Of a stretch of DNA of 64,000 nt, positions 1 through 14,519 are shown piece by piece. The stretch lies in NCBI RefSeq assembly GCF_009914755.1, contig NC_060930.1. One strand, written 5' to 3'. The DNA comes from the human T2T-CHM13v2.0 reference genome, Homo sapiens. How positions within the stretch are numbered: the first letter of the stretch is position 1; each line of letters opens with the position of its first letter. The notes beneath the pieces were generated by a model, which saw only the letters and a program-made list of their open reading frames with translations, had not been told where the DNA came from and searched no databases. Made by a program: the position numbers and the translations under genes.

Positions 1-60
1 TTTACTCGATCTCTCTCTCTATTTAGAAGAATAACTTCAATACTTAAGATAGATAACTCA

Positions 61-195
61 GCCAAGGCATGGTGGCTCACACCTGTAATCCCAACACTTT
101 GGGGTGCCGAGGTGGGAGGACTGCTTCAGCTCAGGACTTTGAAACCAGCCCGGGAAATATAGTGAGACCCGATCTGCATTGTGTAAATAAAAAAA
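61..195 (+). mobile_element. Alu monomer (FLAM/AluJ left arm)
   Basis: Alu left-arm sequence, A-rich tail, candidate TSD AGATAACTC (51-59, 222-230). Confidence 0.85.
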
Positions 196-610
196 TTATT
201 TATTAGAAAAAAGAGAAATTAAGATAACTCGACTGTGACTACTCTGAAAGATGGTATCTGCGGGAATAGGCATATTTGACTATGAGAAAGAGACAAATTA
301 ATTCTTTAACATATATTCTGAAGAAGCTGAAGATGTATATGCAGTAAGTATATCATTCTAAAGATACTTAAGTTTTTTTGGAATTTGGTAAAAATCAAAG
401 AAAATCAGAGTTGACCGTAGCAAAATAAAATTATAGGTATGGAAGATCTTTTTGATGAACTGGAAATGTATCCCTTTAAGCACTAAAACTCAATTTTAAC
501 TATTTTTGATACCCTTTTGAAACTTCATTATCCACTTTCCTGAGTTATTAAACAGCATATGGATCAATGCAATCTTGGCTTGATGGCTTTAGGTGGTGAC
601 CAGTAACAGC

Positions 611-855
611 AATAATCACAAGCAGCATTTGTTGTGTGCCCACTTCATGTCTGATACCATTCTAAGTGCTTTACTATCACATTTAAGCCTCAGGATCCAA
701 CAAAGTGGGTACTATTAACCTCATTTTACAAATGAGGAAACTAAAGTTCTGAGAGATTAAGTAATTTGCAGACGGTCACAAAGCAAGAGAATGGTAGAGG
801 CCAGATTCAGACCCACGTTATCTGAGTCCAGATCCACCCTTCTAACCACTACATT
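611..855 (-). mobile_element. MIR SINE
   Basis: MIR core CATTTTACAAATGAGGAAACT...AAGTAATTTGC. Confidence 0.8.
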
Positions 856-3800
856 GCTTCAAATGGATGGATCAGAGACAGGTAAGTGCATCCCAAAAGA
901 GAATCGCCAGAACCTACTTGGGTGGAGAGAATTGCCCATAGATTGGTGTGATTTTTACATGTCTACTTTTAAAACAATCATCCTTTAGGTTAGCTGTCAT
1001 TCTTCTATTATCCATGGTGCAATATCAGAAGAGCACACACATTTATAATTTTAAAGCAGCCCTTCTAGTCATCACATGTCCCTTCTCTGGGTGATCCCCT
1101 TTCACCCTTTGTATATACAGTAACTCACTCTCTTCTTCTCTCCCTTCCTTCTTCTTCCCCACTTTTCCTCATAAAGAATGTTTAACTGAATGATTACAAA
1201 TGCCTGTGCTTCTTGGAGAGATCTTTATAAAGAAAACAAGATGTCCTATCAAGCTTTCCCCGGGTGTCTTTACAAAGAAGAAGATTTCTAAACCATGCCA
1301 CTGGTAAGATTTTTAAAAATTACTATAATTGACTTAAAAACTACTTTGATCCATCGTTGGCTGAAAAAAAAAAAAAGAAAAACCACCAACTTAGTATAAG
1401 GTCAAATTTATAATAATGCAGAATTGTATGTTTTCTGTACTCTCTATTAGGGTCTGCAAATAGTAAGCACGGATAATTTATACAATTCTTTGGGGTTTTA
1501 TTTAGGAGACAAACCATGTGGGAGACAATGCGCAACACTCACAGAAGACTGGGGCTTCCCTCTGCAACTCAACTCTGCCACTAGCTGGTGATGTGATTTC
1601 CAGAATGATCTTTGTGTCTTGGTTGCCTCTACTGTAAAATGAATGAGCTACCTCTCAGATCTCATTCAGATGCAATACCTTACGACTCGGAGCATACACT
1701 TAGTTTTAAAATCTGAGATTTAAAGTTATCATGGCATAATTTGCAGAGTTTGTGTAAAGGGCCTTTTAACAGATTGAGAGGTTGGGGGTGGGGATAAGAT
1801 ATAGTTCAATCACTGAACACCAAGCAAGGAACTAGGCTAAGAATACTGAGGGAAAAGTCAAGACTTATTTCCTCAAAGAGGGAATCTCTTCCCTAAACTA
1901 CCAAACAGGTATCTTGTTTATTATTTTCGTCTACTTGGCGGGGAGGTTGTTTTGCCACTCGTTTCACAGTATCTCTGGAGCCCACAGTGGCTGTTCCTAT
2001 TTTGACTAATCAAACCCTTCTTTGACCAACATACACAAGATTATAAAGAAAGAAATTTAAAAGACCACAGGTGCTTGACTGGGTTAGGAGGTATAACCAG
2101 GTTCCAGTGCAATTCTGATCTACCCTGTGTATTCAGCCCTCATCCCTCACACGGATCTGCAGGCATTCCTCCCCTCTGACCTTCGGACACATGCTTAAAA
2201 TTCTCTTCAATGAAAAATTTGTACCACCACAGCTTATGAAATAATCTGATTCAAATATGTAAGTTCTTCAATGAATTCCAACCAATTCAGATCTCATACA
2301 AATGCATTTTGTGTAATACTAAGATAAATTTTTCAAGATGGTTTAGTTCATTAGCTCACCTAAGAAGTACAGATAGATGCATTTGTTTGAAAATATTTTT
2401 TAAAACCTCTTTTCACACTTTTAACTAGTTTCTAAGTCCCATATACATAAGAAGCTCCTTTATATGAATCCCAGTTGCCTTGATAAGAGGAAGACAGAAT
2501 ATTCTAGGAGAAACTATCAACAGCTTACAGAAAATGAAGCTGAACATAATTAACTACCCATTACTGTATATATGTATTTTTTTGCTTTTGTATATTAACA
2601 GTCAGCACCTACTCCAGTACTTAAACTGTTGAAAACTAACCTACTTGTTAAGGAGAGAAAAACCTTCACAAACACTCCATGTCCTCCCTGCTCTGGGGAA
2701 GGGCCTCTGGGTGGAGCAATCCCACACTAGCCTATGTTCAGTAGGGAATGTGTCACGGCACAGTGGCACAGGCAAGCAACCTAAGGATGTTGAAGCTTCT
2801 TGGGTCAGGTCTCCAAATCATGGCTTTTATTATTTTGTAAATATTATTTTCCACCCCAGAACTACCCATAAAAATAAACTGGAAAGTTAAGTGTCAAAAT
2901 AAAAGTGTTTTGTTTTAACCTGCCAAGGCAGATTATTCTCACATCTGATCTTTACCAAAAGGGTATAAACTGTCAATAGTTAATATAAATTATAGGCTAT
3001 ATGCCTAAGGCTAGCATAAAGTATAATAAATGTGAATTTTAACTACTAGCCATCAATATGAAAATGTTCTTTAAATTCATGATTACACAAATAGGTCTGG
3101 AATAAAATACTAAAGTCTTGTTTTAGAACTGAGAGAAGAAAACTGTGACCCCACAGGTGCAGGGTCCTAAAGCCTTACATGACAAATCTAAGGCTGCCAG
3201 TCTGCACATACCCCTAACCCCCACTTAGGTTGGTGAGGATTCCAGCCTGAGAAGAAAGGAGTCCCCTCTGACAACCTGACTGTCTTTAGCCCCAGCCCCT
3301 ATTACTCAGGTCTCCCCTTAATTTCAGAAAAACGAAAAAAAAAGTCATCCTCCAAATTGGATTAAGGTTCTAATCCTAAAGGACAGCACAGGCTAATTGA
3401 GAAAATGGGAGAGGTTGAGGGGGGGGGAGCGGGGGAGAAGGGAAGCTAAAAATGATTTCTGATTAAAAAAAAAAGTAAATGGACTATTTTTCTAAAACTT
3501 CCATGCTGCTATTTTAACTTTTGTGCTTCATTATTCTAACACTGCTTTTTAAAGCTAAGGACAACCTGAGTACAATTTTAAGATCAAACTCATGAAAATA
3601 AATATACACTATGTATGTATCATAAATCTCAGAGAAATCCCAGGGTTAATTTACAAAATTTTAACAGAGGTGAAGGGAGGAAGATCTTAATTCTATTTTG
3701 AAGTTTTACATCAAAGATTCATCATCCATCAAATCAGTAGTGGAAAGCATTTAACATTTTTTGTGAAGCATTCTGTACAATGACCTATTTGAAATTAACA

Positions 3801-4051
3801 GAGTATCTCCCCTAAGACACGAAGTTGTTAAAAATCTACTGCAGTACTAGTAACATAAATGTGCCATAGATATAAAAAATAGTATTGACTGACTTTGAAC
3901 CAAGTACAAAATAACAGGTTGACTCAAATTACAATCCAGTCTTCCAACATGTTAGACTTGAGTGCACTTTCTAAATTTTAACTATAAGTGTTGGTGCATT
4001 CAGGTGTGATAGAGAACCTAAGTATAAAGAGAATTAGAAAATACAGGAACA

Positions 4052-4462
<411 letters not shown>

Positions 4463-6621
4463 TTACAATGGGCAACCACTCTTGCCTCTCTAAAGCCAAA
4501 TATTTACAGCACAGTTTTTAGAACAGCATCATAATTTCTTTTTTTTTTCTTTTGGTTTACAAAGGAATATATCTGCCTGAACTAATCTGATGGAAAATCA
4601 TAATCCATTTCTTCCCATTAGCCTTTGACTAAACACTAAAGCTAATTATGCTGGCTCTTTTGGGTTCTCACAGCAACAAGGAATTTTAAAGAACACATTT
4701 AGTTCCACTGCTTTATGCAAGACTGAGCGGTTTCAAAACATCTAGGTGCTAAGATGTTAGACAGAGACTACGTAAATCTCGTTTACACGGTTAATTAAGA
4801 CCTTGTGATTTAGGCATACAGACAACATGGATCTACTGGATGGATATGCACACTGTTAATATGTTGTCCTGAGTCTGAGACTGCTACTGCCCCACTGGTT
4901 CTGCTCTGAATGCACTTGTAATCACTCTTGGTCAGTACCAACAGCTTAACATCTATGTATCTTTCGTATTAAAATCTTTTCCTCGGACAACTGTGATTTT
5001 TGTACTAGCTAACTGGCAGCTCGTATGACTTTGGAGGCATGAAATGTATGAATTACACCGTTCAAATTTAACAGAAACACAGGCAGATACAGATCATTTG
5101 GGTTAATTTCCTATGGTTTTGGTTGGATATTATTAAGGAGTCTGGGAGGATTTGGTAAGAGGTAGAGCTTTGTTCCACCTTCCTGATTTGGTAGCACAGG
5201 CAGGATTTCATGGAGAAAGGAAACTGCTAGACAGTTGTTCTGGAAAGTAGAATCCATTCCCCCAAGTATGGGAGGGTTCTGTCCCTGAGGAGGGGTCTCA
5301 GAAAAGCAGATATGCTGATGGACTGTGGAAGGAAGCTATCTGCATAGGAAGGATGAAGGCATTCTTCCTAAACCGAAAGGGATCCAAGTCCACTTTAACT
5401 TGCTCAATTACAGCTTAACCAAATTCAGCTGATCTTATAATACAAAGTCACAAATCCCATGACAATCCTGCTGCCTTCATTCTGCAGCCACTTAAGCTAA
5501 ACACCTCTCAACCACCTCAAAAATCTGTTTACTCTCTGAAAATGGGATCAGGGACTTCCTCTCCTGATTACCTACCCAATATGAAAATACAATATTTATT
5601 TTCACAGATCGTATTATTTTTTAAATGGCAAAAATATTACTTCCATTCATATTTTAGAAAATTGAACCAAGATTTGGAATGACATGCTTTTAATGTGGTT
5701 CCTACAGCTTTTCTATGTAAAACGCAGGCTGGCACCGTTTCACACAGGGAAGTAGCTCAGAGAGGAGGCATGTCCACAGACCGCGTGGTGACAGGTGACT
5801 GGGGGAAGTTCGGACCTCGGGCTTCAAGTCCTGACTCATCACTAACGGGTTCTAGAGCTCTGGGCCCTTCGATCTTCATCTTGAAAATGACAGCCTGAAA
5901 GGACTTTTTACGGCCCCCTTCAGCTTTAAGCTGGTCCTGACCTAATCACATGTTTCAAGTTCTAACTGAAAATTACGAGAAGGAAATTAGGAAAGATGTA
6001 TCAAAGTCCATGTTTATCCTGGATTAACTTTGTCACCATTGTGCTGCTGTGGAGGCAAACCTGTTGCATCACATGGAATACCCTATTTCTGGCTGTGCAT
6101 TAGAAATACAAGAGGCAGCCGACTGGCTTTTTATATTTTCATTTTTTAAAAAAGTAAACAATAGTATCCCTCGATGATGGGAAGTTCTCAGGTTTCACCT
6201 TTATAGTCTGAAAGTACACACAGAATGCCACCTGGCAGACAAGGGCCACACAGCTGAACCCGGGGTATGCTGGCTAGCTTTACCACGCGTGAAGACTCAC
6301 TTTAAAGCCACGTCCCCAATCCTTACCAGGGGGCTGATCAGTGCCGTCGCTGTTACTGGTGGGGCGATTAACCGTGTAGCGGCCAGAGAATGAGGTTTGC
6401 GTATTACCTGCCCATGTATTTATACCCACCTCGTGTGGCTTGTGGTCACCAGAGCAAGAGCATGCAAATTAAAAGCAACGAGATTTGACCTTAGATCTTA
6501 CTGGACACATCTACTACTATATTGGAAACAGGAAAAGAAAGAGCTTTTGACACAGCACCTGGTGGAAGGGGCAAACCTCCATCTCCCCATACATTGCATT
6601 GTTGCAGTCTTCAGAGTTTCA

Positions 6622-7614
<993 letters not shown>

Positions 7615-7766
7615 TTAAGCAGAGTCCTGTCCAGTCCGGGCACCGCCCTCGCAGCCCACTCTCTGGACTTGGGGTGAAGTTATCAGGTCCCGTGGGTAGG
7701 GGAGGGGTGTCCCGCGCAGGAGGGGGTCAGGGCAGCGCGCGAGCACCTCGGGGAGGGGCAGCGCAC

Positions 7767-7990
7767 CTCTGGGCAGGAGGGGCGCAGCGTGGGCGGGAGA
7801 CTCGTCAACTTCGCCCGCTCCCCATCTCCGCGCTGAGACTGCTGCCTCTTTCCTAGGCTGGGCTGAGCGCGCTGTCCCACGGTCCCGCAGCCCCGGCGCG
7901 GCTCAGGTGGGCGAGCGCGCCGACCTGCGGGCGAATGGCAGCGAGTAGAGCAGCACGGTACACTCCGCCGCGGCCCCGCGAGCACTAATC
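7767..7990 (-). other. MAN1A1: Probable non-coding exon 1 (5' end approximate)
   Basis: Donor AGAG|GTGCGC at 7767/7766; lies just downstream of CCAAT/GC boxes in the CpG island; TSS not determinable from sequence. Confidence 0.65.
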
Positions 7991-8057
7991 TCACTGCCGG
8001 TCTTGGGGCGGTGGAAAGCGAGGGAGGCGACGCGGCCGGAGAGTGACGGCGCGGCCG

Positions 8058-8150
8058 GGCCAATCACGCGCCGCCCAGGGTCCCGCGGGGGCGGGGCCGA
8101 GGCGAGGAGGGGGATGCGCGGGGCGGGGAGTTTACGGGAAGCGCAGCCTC
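8058..8150. promoter_or_regulatory. Proximal promoter: NF-Y CCAAT box (8060-8064) and Sp1/KLF GC boxes (~8088-8097, ~8140-8149), TATA-less
   Basis: GGCCAATCA and two GGGGCGGGG motifs just upstream of exon 1. Confidence 0.7.
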
Positions 8151-8751
8151 GGCGGGGCCCGGCCGGCGGCGGGGAGGTCGCGGGGCCGGGAGGCGCGAGG
8201 TAGGCGGGAGCCGCGGTGAGGAGGACGGTCGAACCCGTGGCTGAGGCCCAGCGCCGAGAAGCGGCAGGCAGAGTTCGGGGTCGGGGAGTTTATCCTGCGC
8301 TGGCCTCGGCAGGGGTCCCCGGGGTGGTTGATCCTCGACTGGCCCGGGAGGCGCCTGGGTCCGCGCGGGACCTCTCTGCCTCCTCCTCCGACCCGTGCGG
8401 GGCGGTCGGGGGCGCTCCCGAGGGGGTCCCGGGAAAGGCGGGGTCTGGCAGGGGGTCCTGGGCGCTGGGTCGTTCAGAAGCACGGCTTTACTCCAGTTAC
8501 CCTCTTTTTATCCAAGGCCGGGGTTCCCCGGGTGCCTGGTAGCAGTGAAACCCCAAGTCCCTCGGTTAGGGGAGCCGTGACCCTGGGAGCTTTTGAGCTC
8601 TCTGGTATAACATCCTTTTACATCCTAAGAGACACAGTTCTGTGCTTGCTTAGGACTTTTTTCGTATGCGCCCTTTCTTCCCCCAAAAAACAAAAAACCG
8701 AAAAAACTTGTATGTCTCTCCCGCCCACCCGTACTTTCACTATTCATTTAC

Positions 8752-8860
8752 CTCATAGAAGTTGGTCAAATTTTCCATTCGAAGACGAGTTTTATGCTGC
8801 GGTAGCTTCAAGCAATAAGTCGAACACTGTGTTGAAATTAAGTCTTGGATCCGACTACTT
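8752..8860 (-). other. Candidate alternative first exon with ATG (MENLTNFYE); 5' end unknown
   Basis: Donor TATGAG|GTAAAT at 8752/8751; ATG at 8778; second CCAAT box at 8882-8886. Confidence 0.45.
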
Positions 8861-11800
8861 CCAGCGAAGTGAGGAGTTGGTCCAATAGAAATTATTTTCC
8901 AAAATGTGTTGTAATTCCCCTGTTGCTCCACAAATAAGGGGTTATCAGAGAGGAAAACGTTGACTGACTTCGCATTTCTGAAAGCTGGTTTGTAGTCGCC
9001 TTATTTCATCCTTACCCTTCTCTGGAAATGTGACATTAGTTCTGTTTGTGCTTAAGACAAAGGAAACAGCTGGCACCTTTCGGGAAGGTGGCTCCAGTAC
9101 AGTTGTTTCCAGGTGTTAAGCTGTATGAGAAAGTAGAAAAGTAATCAGAAATCCTTACTAGTTTTCATTTAATCATTTAATTATTAATTTTAACCATCAT
9201 TATTTGTCGTCTACTTGTTTTGTGTAAAATGAGTAATACACTCAAAGTTCTTGTTAATAGGAAATTATTGTTTGATAAAGCTGGCTTTATGGCTTGGTTA
9301 TTTTGATACCTGCTATGAAATTCTATGTCCAGAAGAGTGCAGCATATCCAAGCAGGGTAATAAGTTCAGAAGGACTGAAAAAGAAAACAAGGATGATTTT
9401 TCTTTAATGATGGAAAGGCAATTTTTATTTCAAACGATTATGCATTTGTAGGTTGTGCATAGGCTGAAAGGTTTGAATCACTGTGAAATAATGTTTCTAA
9501 CAACATCCTTAAAACTGAGTTACCTCTTGAATGGATAGATAAATAGGAACTGGGTTAACTACCCCAAACGCTAATCTCTCTATGATCATCCTTTTTTGGA
9601 ATGATTTATTATTTTAAAAATTATGTTGTAAGAATGGAATTATAGCCCCGGAAATATTTAGAAGCTTTATTTCAAATTAATGTTATTAAGTATTCCAGCA
9701 AAACAATAAATTCCACTTTTAAGTATATGTTAAAATGGTGATAAATAAAAGTTATAACTTAATTCTATTTCTGACACTTTAATTTTGATACCAAATCAGT
9801 TTGGGCATTTAACTTCTGTAGTGGAAATATTAAAAATTTAGTACGTGGGTTTAAGGATTTTTTCCCCTAAAAACTTTAAATTTATCTATGTTGTTTCTAC
9901 ATCTTTTAAAGTAACTATTCTTTTTAAGTTCATCATGAAGCTTATTTTAAGATTTTTTTCTTATTTTCCGTATTTCTTAAATGACAGGGTTATACTTGCA
10001 GCCTGGCTTTGATAATATGTTAAACAAGAAGTTAACATGGGTGGTTGATTATAGGTACATATTAAAGGGTGTCTGTGTACATTAGGTGGGATAAGAACTA
10101 TATAGGAACACCAATATTTGGGCCAGAGCAAATTTGAAAAATTCACAAAGAAGGTATCTGAAGAGGCATAGCAATCGAATTATGCATCCTCTTTAAAATA
10201 ATCACATGAAGCCCTGTGTGCTCATGGTAAGGGAGGAGTAGAAAATAGTCAACAAGTAAAATTGTGCATTTTGTAGAAGCAAAATCGGACACTTTCCTCT
10301 GATTTCAGTACTACAAAGCACTTGACATTCTACCATTGAAAAAAGTACTTTGTACCCTGAGATAAAAATAAAGGTGATTGGTTCTTGTCTTTCAAGTAAT
10401 GAAACCTTGACTTTGTCCCCTAAGTCAAGACTCCCTAGCCACATCTACCTGAAGGTAATGTCACCATCTTTATGAATGCAATGATAGTGCTGAAATTGCT
10501 GTTTCTCATTATGGATGGTCTAATGTAAACCTAAGAACCTTAGTAATTTTGTGGGATTTTTAAAAAAATACTTGCTATGTTTTTTTATTTGGCCAGCCAG
10601 TCCTTTTGAAGTATAACTCTCTTGTAATTTTTGCAGGTTTGCTTGCAAACTTAATTCTTACATTTTCCTTTTTCAATACTTAATGTTTTTGTGTATTTCT
10701 TTGATAATTTGTAAATTTTTGTGTTTCAAGATTATATCTTTGAATCAAGTAATTTTTTAAAAACCTGATCATCAGTGATACCACAAAACACTACAAAGAA
10801 ATCCCCAAATAAATGTTGTTGCTTAGATTTTTCTACTTTCAAAAGAAATTACCAAAAGGTAGATTTAATTTTTACATTAACATGCATAAAATGAAATATA
10901 GTAATAATTATGAGCAGACTTACAGAGGAAAAATTGGCAATATTTTTATAAAACTGATAAATTTATATTTTTATAAAATTATAAGTTCTCAAAAATTGAA
11001 GTGCAAAAACATTTCTTAGGAAGTTTCTAGGCAGTACTAGTTAGAAGTTTGTGGAAGAATCCTTTTGAGGATTTTTGTTCTCTTACTTTAAATAAAACTT
11101 AATCTAGTAAAAGAAATGAATTTAATCTACATGTACAGTAAATAATGACTGAAATTCTCCAACAAGTTAGATTTCTGATAAAATCTTTTAATGGGAGATT
11201 TTCTAGGTCACAATAGGTCTTTGCTCTTATTTTTTAAAAAATCCAAATGTAATACGTAAAAAATGATTCATTGTGAATATTAATCTTGAAGTTTCAATAC
11301 TTCAATGGGCACTCTCAATTTTACATGAGATATATTAAGGTGGAAATTAACCAGAGTTTTAAAGGAAACTATCGGTGTTATTTGTATGCAAATTGGAGTC
11401 TACTGTTATATTTCTGATTCCATGTTTTTGCTCTTCCTCAATTTACTTTGGAACTGCCTGAGTGGCAGATTATTTTTATAGAATTCCAATCACATTTTTT
11501 TGAGGGGGCGTGGGTGCCAGGGGCAGTGAGGGCAGGAGCCCTCTGTTCCTGCAGGCTCCTGTTGAAAGATATGGTTTTGTTTTGAACACATTTCATAAAT
11601 ATTAACTGTCCCCAACTTAAAAACATTGTGTCCTGCAAGTATTTGTGTGCATTGGCTCTTTGGAACTTTCAGAGCATTTTTCTTCATAGAAACAGGGTTG
11701 TAAATGGTGCTTTGGGCTGCTAGCCTGCACTGCAAAGACCTCACCCTAGGGAAGAATAACATGTTGGAAAAAGTACTGTTGCAATGCTGGTAATCAAAGT

Positions 11801-12159
11801 AACATTAAATTAGAAAAGTGTTTTATTTATTATGAATGTTAGAGCCTGAGGACAAACAGATTTATTTGAAAGAGGAGATATAATGATAGTTTCAGAAATA
11901 TTCTAAAATCAACTTGCAAGGTCAGAAAGGTGTATGGAAGTTCTTAGGTATAGTTTTCCTTCAGTGTGTGTAGCTTTCTTTTGGTTTGAAAAATATCACG
12001 ACTACTGCCCTTAAGGTATTTTTACTTTGGTTTTGTTTTGATTTCATTAACAAAGGGACTGAAAGAAATAACAGGGGGAGGTTTTCCTGAGGTCACTGGG
12101 CAAGGGTTTGAATAAGAGAGGAATTTATTGTAGAGCACGTGCATGCGCATGTGCTTGAC

Positions 12160-12290
12160 TATGTGACCGTGGCCAAGAAGTCACCTATTCTGTGCCTCTC
12201 ATTCTTCATCTGCAACTTTGTTGTTCCTCTTAGGTTAAATGATGTAACTAATGTGTCTGGCACAGTAGGCATTTAAGAAATTTAAGTCCA
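12160..12290 (+). mobile_element. MIR fragment
   Basis: TGTGACC...TCTGTGCCTC...TCATCTG and CTGGCACAGTAGGC motifs. Confidence 0.65.
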
Positions 12291-12589
12291 TTTTTCCCCT
12301 CTCTTAAAAGGGTAATTAATGTTGGGAATGAGGAAATAACAGTGTCTGTGGGATTCTTATAAAGAAGACCCAAGAAAGGATGGCAGGAAGAGATATTTTA
12401 GATTATGTGGCTCTTCATATGGTTGTCACTTTTCAACTCCCAGCCCTTATTTGAATAATACCACTGGAGAAGAAAGTATGGTTGGGAGGAACAGCGTTGG
12501 GTTTGGTAGCTGTAGAGTCTTAAAATGTTTCTTCACCCTTTATAGGATCAAAAAGTTGACCAACTAATCTACTGCTACTACTACTACTT

Positions 12590-13060
12590 GTTAATTGGCA
12601 ATTTATAATTGTATAAATTTGTAGGGTAAAAAGTGGTGTTATGATTTCTGAATATAATGCAGAATACTTAAATCCAGGTAGTTAACATATCCATCACCTC
12701 AAATACTTAATATCTTTTGTGGTAAGAACATTTGAAAATTACTTTCTCATCCAGTTGTAAATGTACAGTATTCTATCATAAACTATATTCACCATGCTGT
12801 GTGATAGAACTAGAAACAGAAATTCCTCTCATCTGAGATTTTGTATCCTTTGACCATTATCTCCCCATCCCCAGCCTCCGCAGGGTAGAATGATGATTCT
12901 GTTCTCTGCTTCTGAGTTCAGTTGTTTTAGATTCTATATATAAGGGAGAACATGTGGTATCTTCCATGCCTGACTTATTTCACTTAGCATTGTTCTCCAG
13001 TTCCATCCACATCATCACAAATGACAGAATTTCCTTCTTTTTTAAGACTGAATAGTATTC
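12590..13060 (-). mobile_element. L1MA-type 3' end
   Basis: CTTATTTCACTTAGCAT...TCCAGTTCCATCCA...GACTGAATAGTATTC. Confidence 0.8.
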
Positions 13061-14519
13061 TTCATAGTTCTTAAAGCCTTGAGAAAATGTGAGTGATGGC
13101 AAAGTCTCAAAGTAAGGAGACTTATGGTTCAGTGCGTGAAGAATTAGGAAACCAAGGTCTTAGAGCAGAAAGGTGGCACTGAAGAATGCTAACAATGACC
13201 ACTGGGGTCCTTGTATATAAAATGTTTGAATTGTATGACTTGAGGAGAATATACTATTTCAACTAAGTGAAACAAAGGAAAAGTTTATTTCCATGGCCAG
13301 AGAAAGATATAAAATATTTCCTTTTTCAGTTTCTAGTACATTAAATATATTTTTAAAATAAATCAGTTTTTCTTTTAGAAAATCTTTTTTTCTCTCCATT
13401 CTCTGTCCCATAAAAACCACATGCTTTTCCAGAACAACAAAAAATTCAGAAAGGGAAAAAAATAGTGAGACGTCATTCTGCCCAGTTATAATTATTTTTC
13501 ATGAAATAAAGTGAAATGAAACCACCACATGTGCTTGTTCCTATTTTGGAGAAACTATCTACAACTATGACACGACAGCACTTGGCTTCCCAATTTCATT
13601 GCAAAATAAATGTACTGTTTGCACAACATGTTCTGTCTTTCATATGGTCCTTGAGGACAGAACCTTGTCTTAGCCTTGGGTCCCTGTAAATGGATAGAAA
13701 CTTGCCTGCAGTTCTTTGTCCACTAAACTTATTTTTTAAGTTCATTTGGAGCATTCTCCTGGAATGTATAGACTCATTTATGAGATAAGGTGAAAGCAGA
13801 TCTGTGTTGCAGATAGTACCTTGACAAATTATATTTCTGTATGTTTGATTTGTAGTCATTTCATTTGGCGTAATTAATACTGGTCTGGATTTGGGGAAGG
13901 AGAGAGAGACACACACTGAAATTACCATCGGAAAAAAGAAGGGAAGAATTTCAAATCAGTGACCCATGTATTTATTAGACTTAATTGGCTGGAACTGGCA
14001 GGATCTCATATACGGTTTCTAAATTACTGGGCGTAAAATGTGATGAGTTTGAGATACTTAGCCTAACTCCTAGATTATAAACAGTTTTTGAACATTCATT
14101 GAGATCATTAGGTTCTCCAGTTTTCTCCAAATGCTAAATTTGTGTGATATATTCTACCATGAAAATACTGTCATATCTTTAACAGTAACCAACAAGAAAT
14201 GAAAATATCAAGTGTTAACAGAGTGCCACCTATTTTATATTTTTATTATTAAAATTCATGTATATCTTCACCAAGAAATTGACTTCAGTATTGTTAAAAG
14301 CAAGTCAGCATTATAAATAGTTTACTTAAGTAATTCTAGGACTACTTTTTTTTATTTCGTAGGTATTCGTGGGGTAGAAAAAACTACTGTAGGAAGAAAG
14401 GAAATTTAAATTTGTGTAACTTCAGTTACTAGAGAGCTATATATAATGTGCCATTAAGTACGTTTTATTAAGTGTATGTAGCTTCATCGTTTCTCTCTCT
14501 TTAAAAAAAGTGTTTTTCT

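Noticed and set aside
8060-8078. ER stress element (CCAAT-N9-CCACG)
   Set aside because: Sequence reads CCAAT-N9-CCCAG, so the ATF6 half-site is not matched
8003-8888. Several 60-186 aa ORFs in the CpG island
   Set aside because: Arg/Gly/Pro-rich, non-ATG starts, expected from base composition
9074-9090. Small hairpin CACCTT-TCGGG-AAGGTG / STAT-like site
   Set aside because: Too short to exceed chance; GAS spacing imperfect
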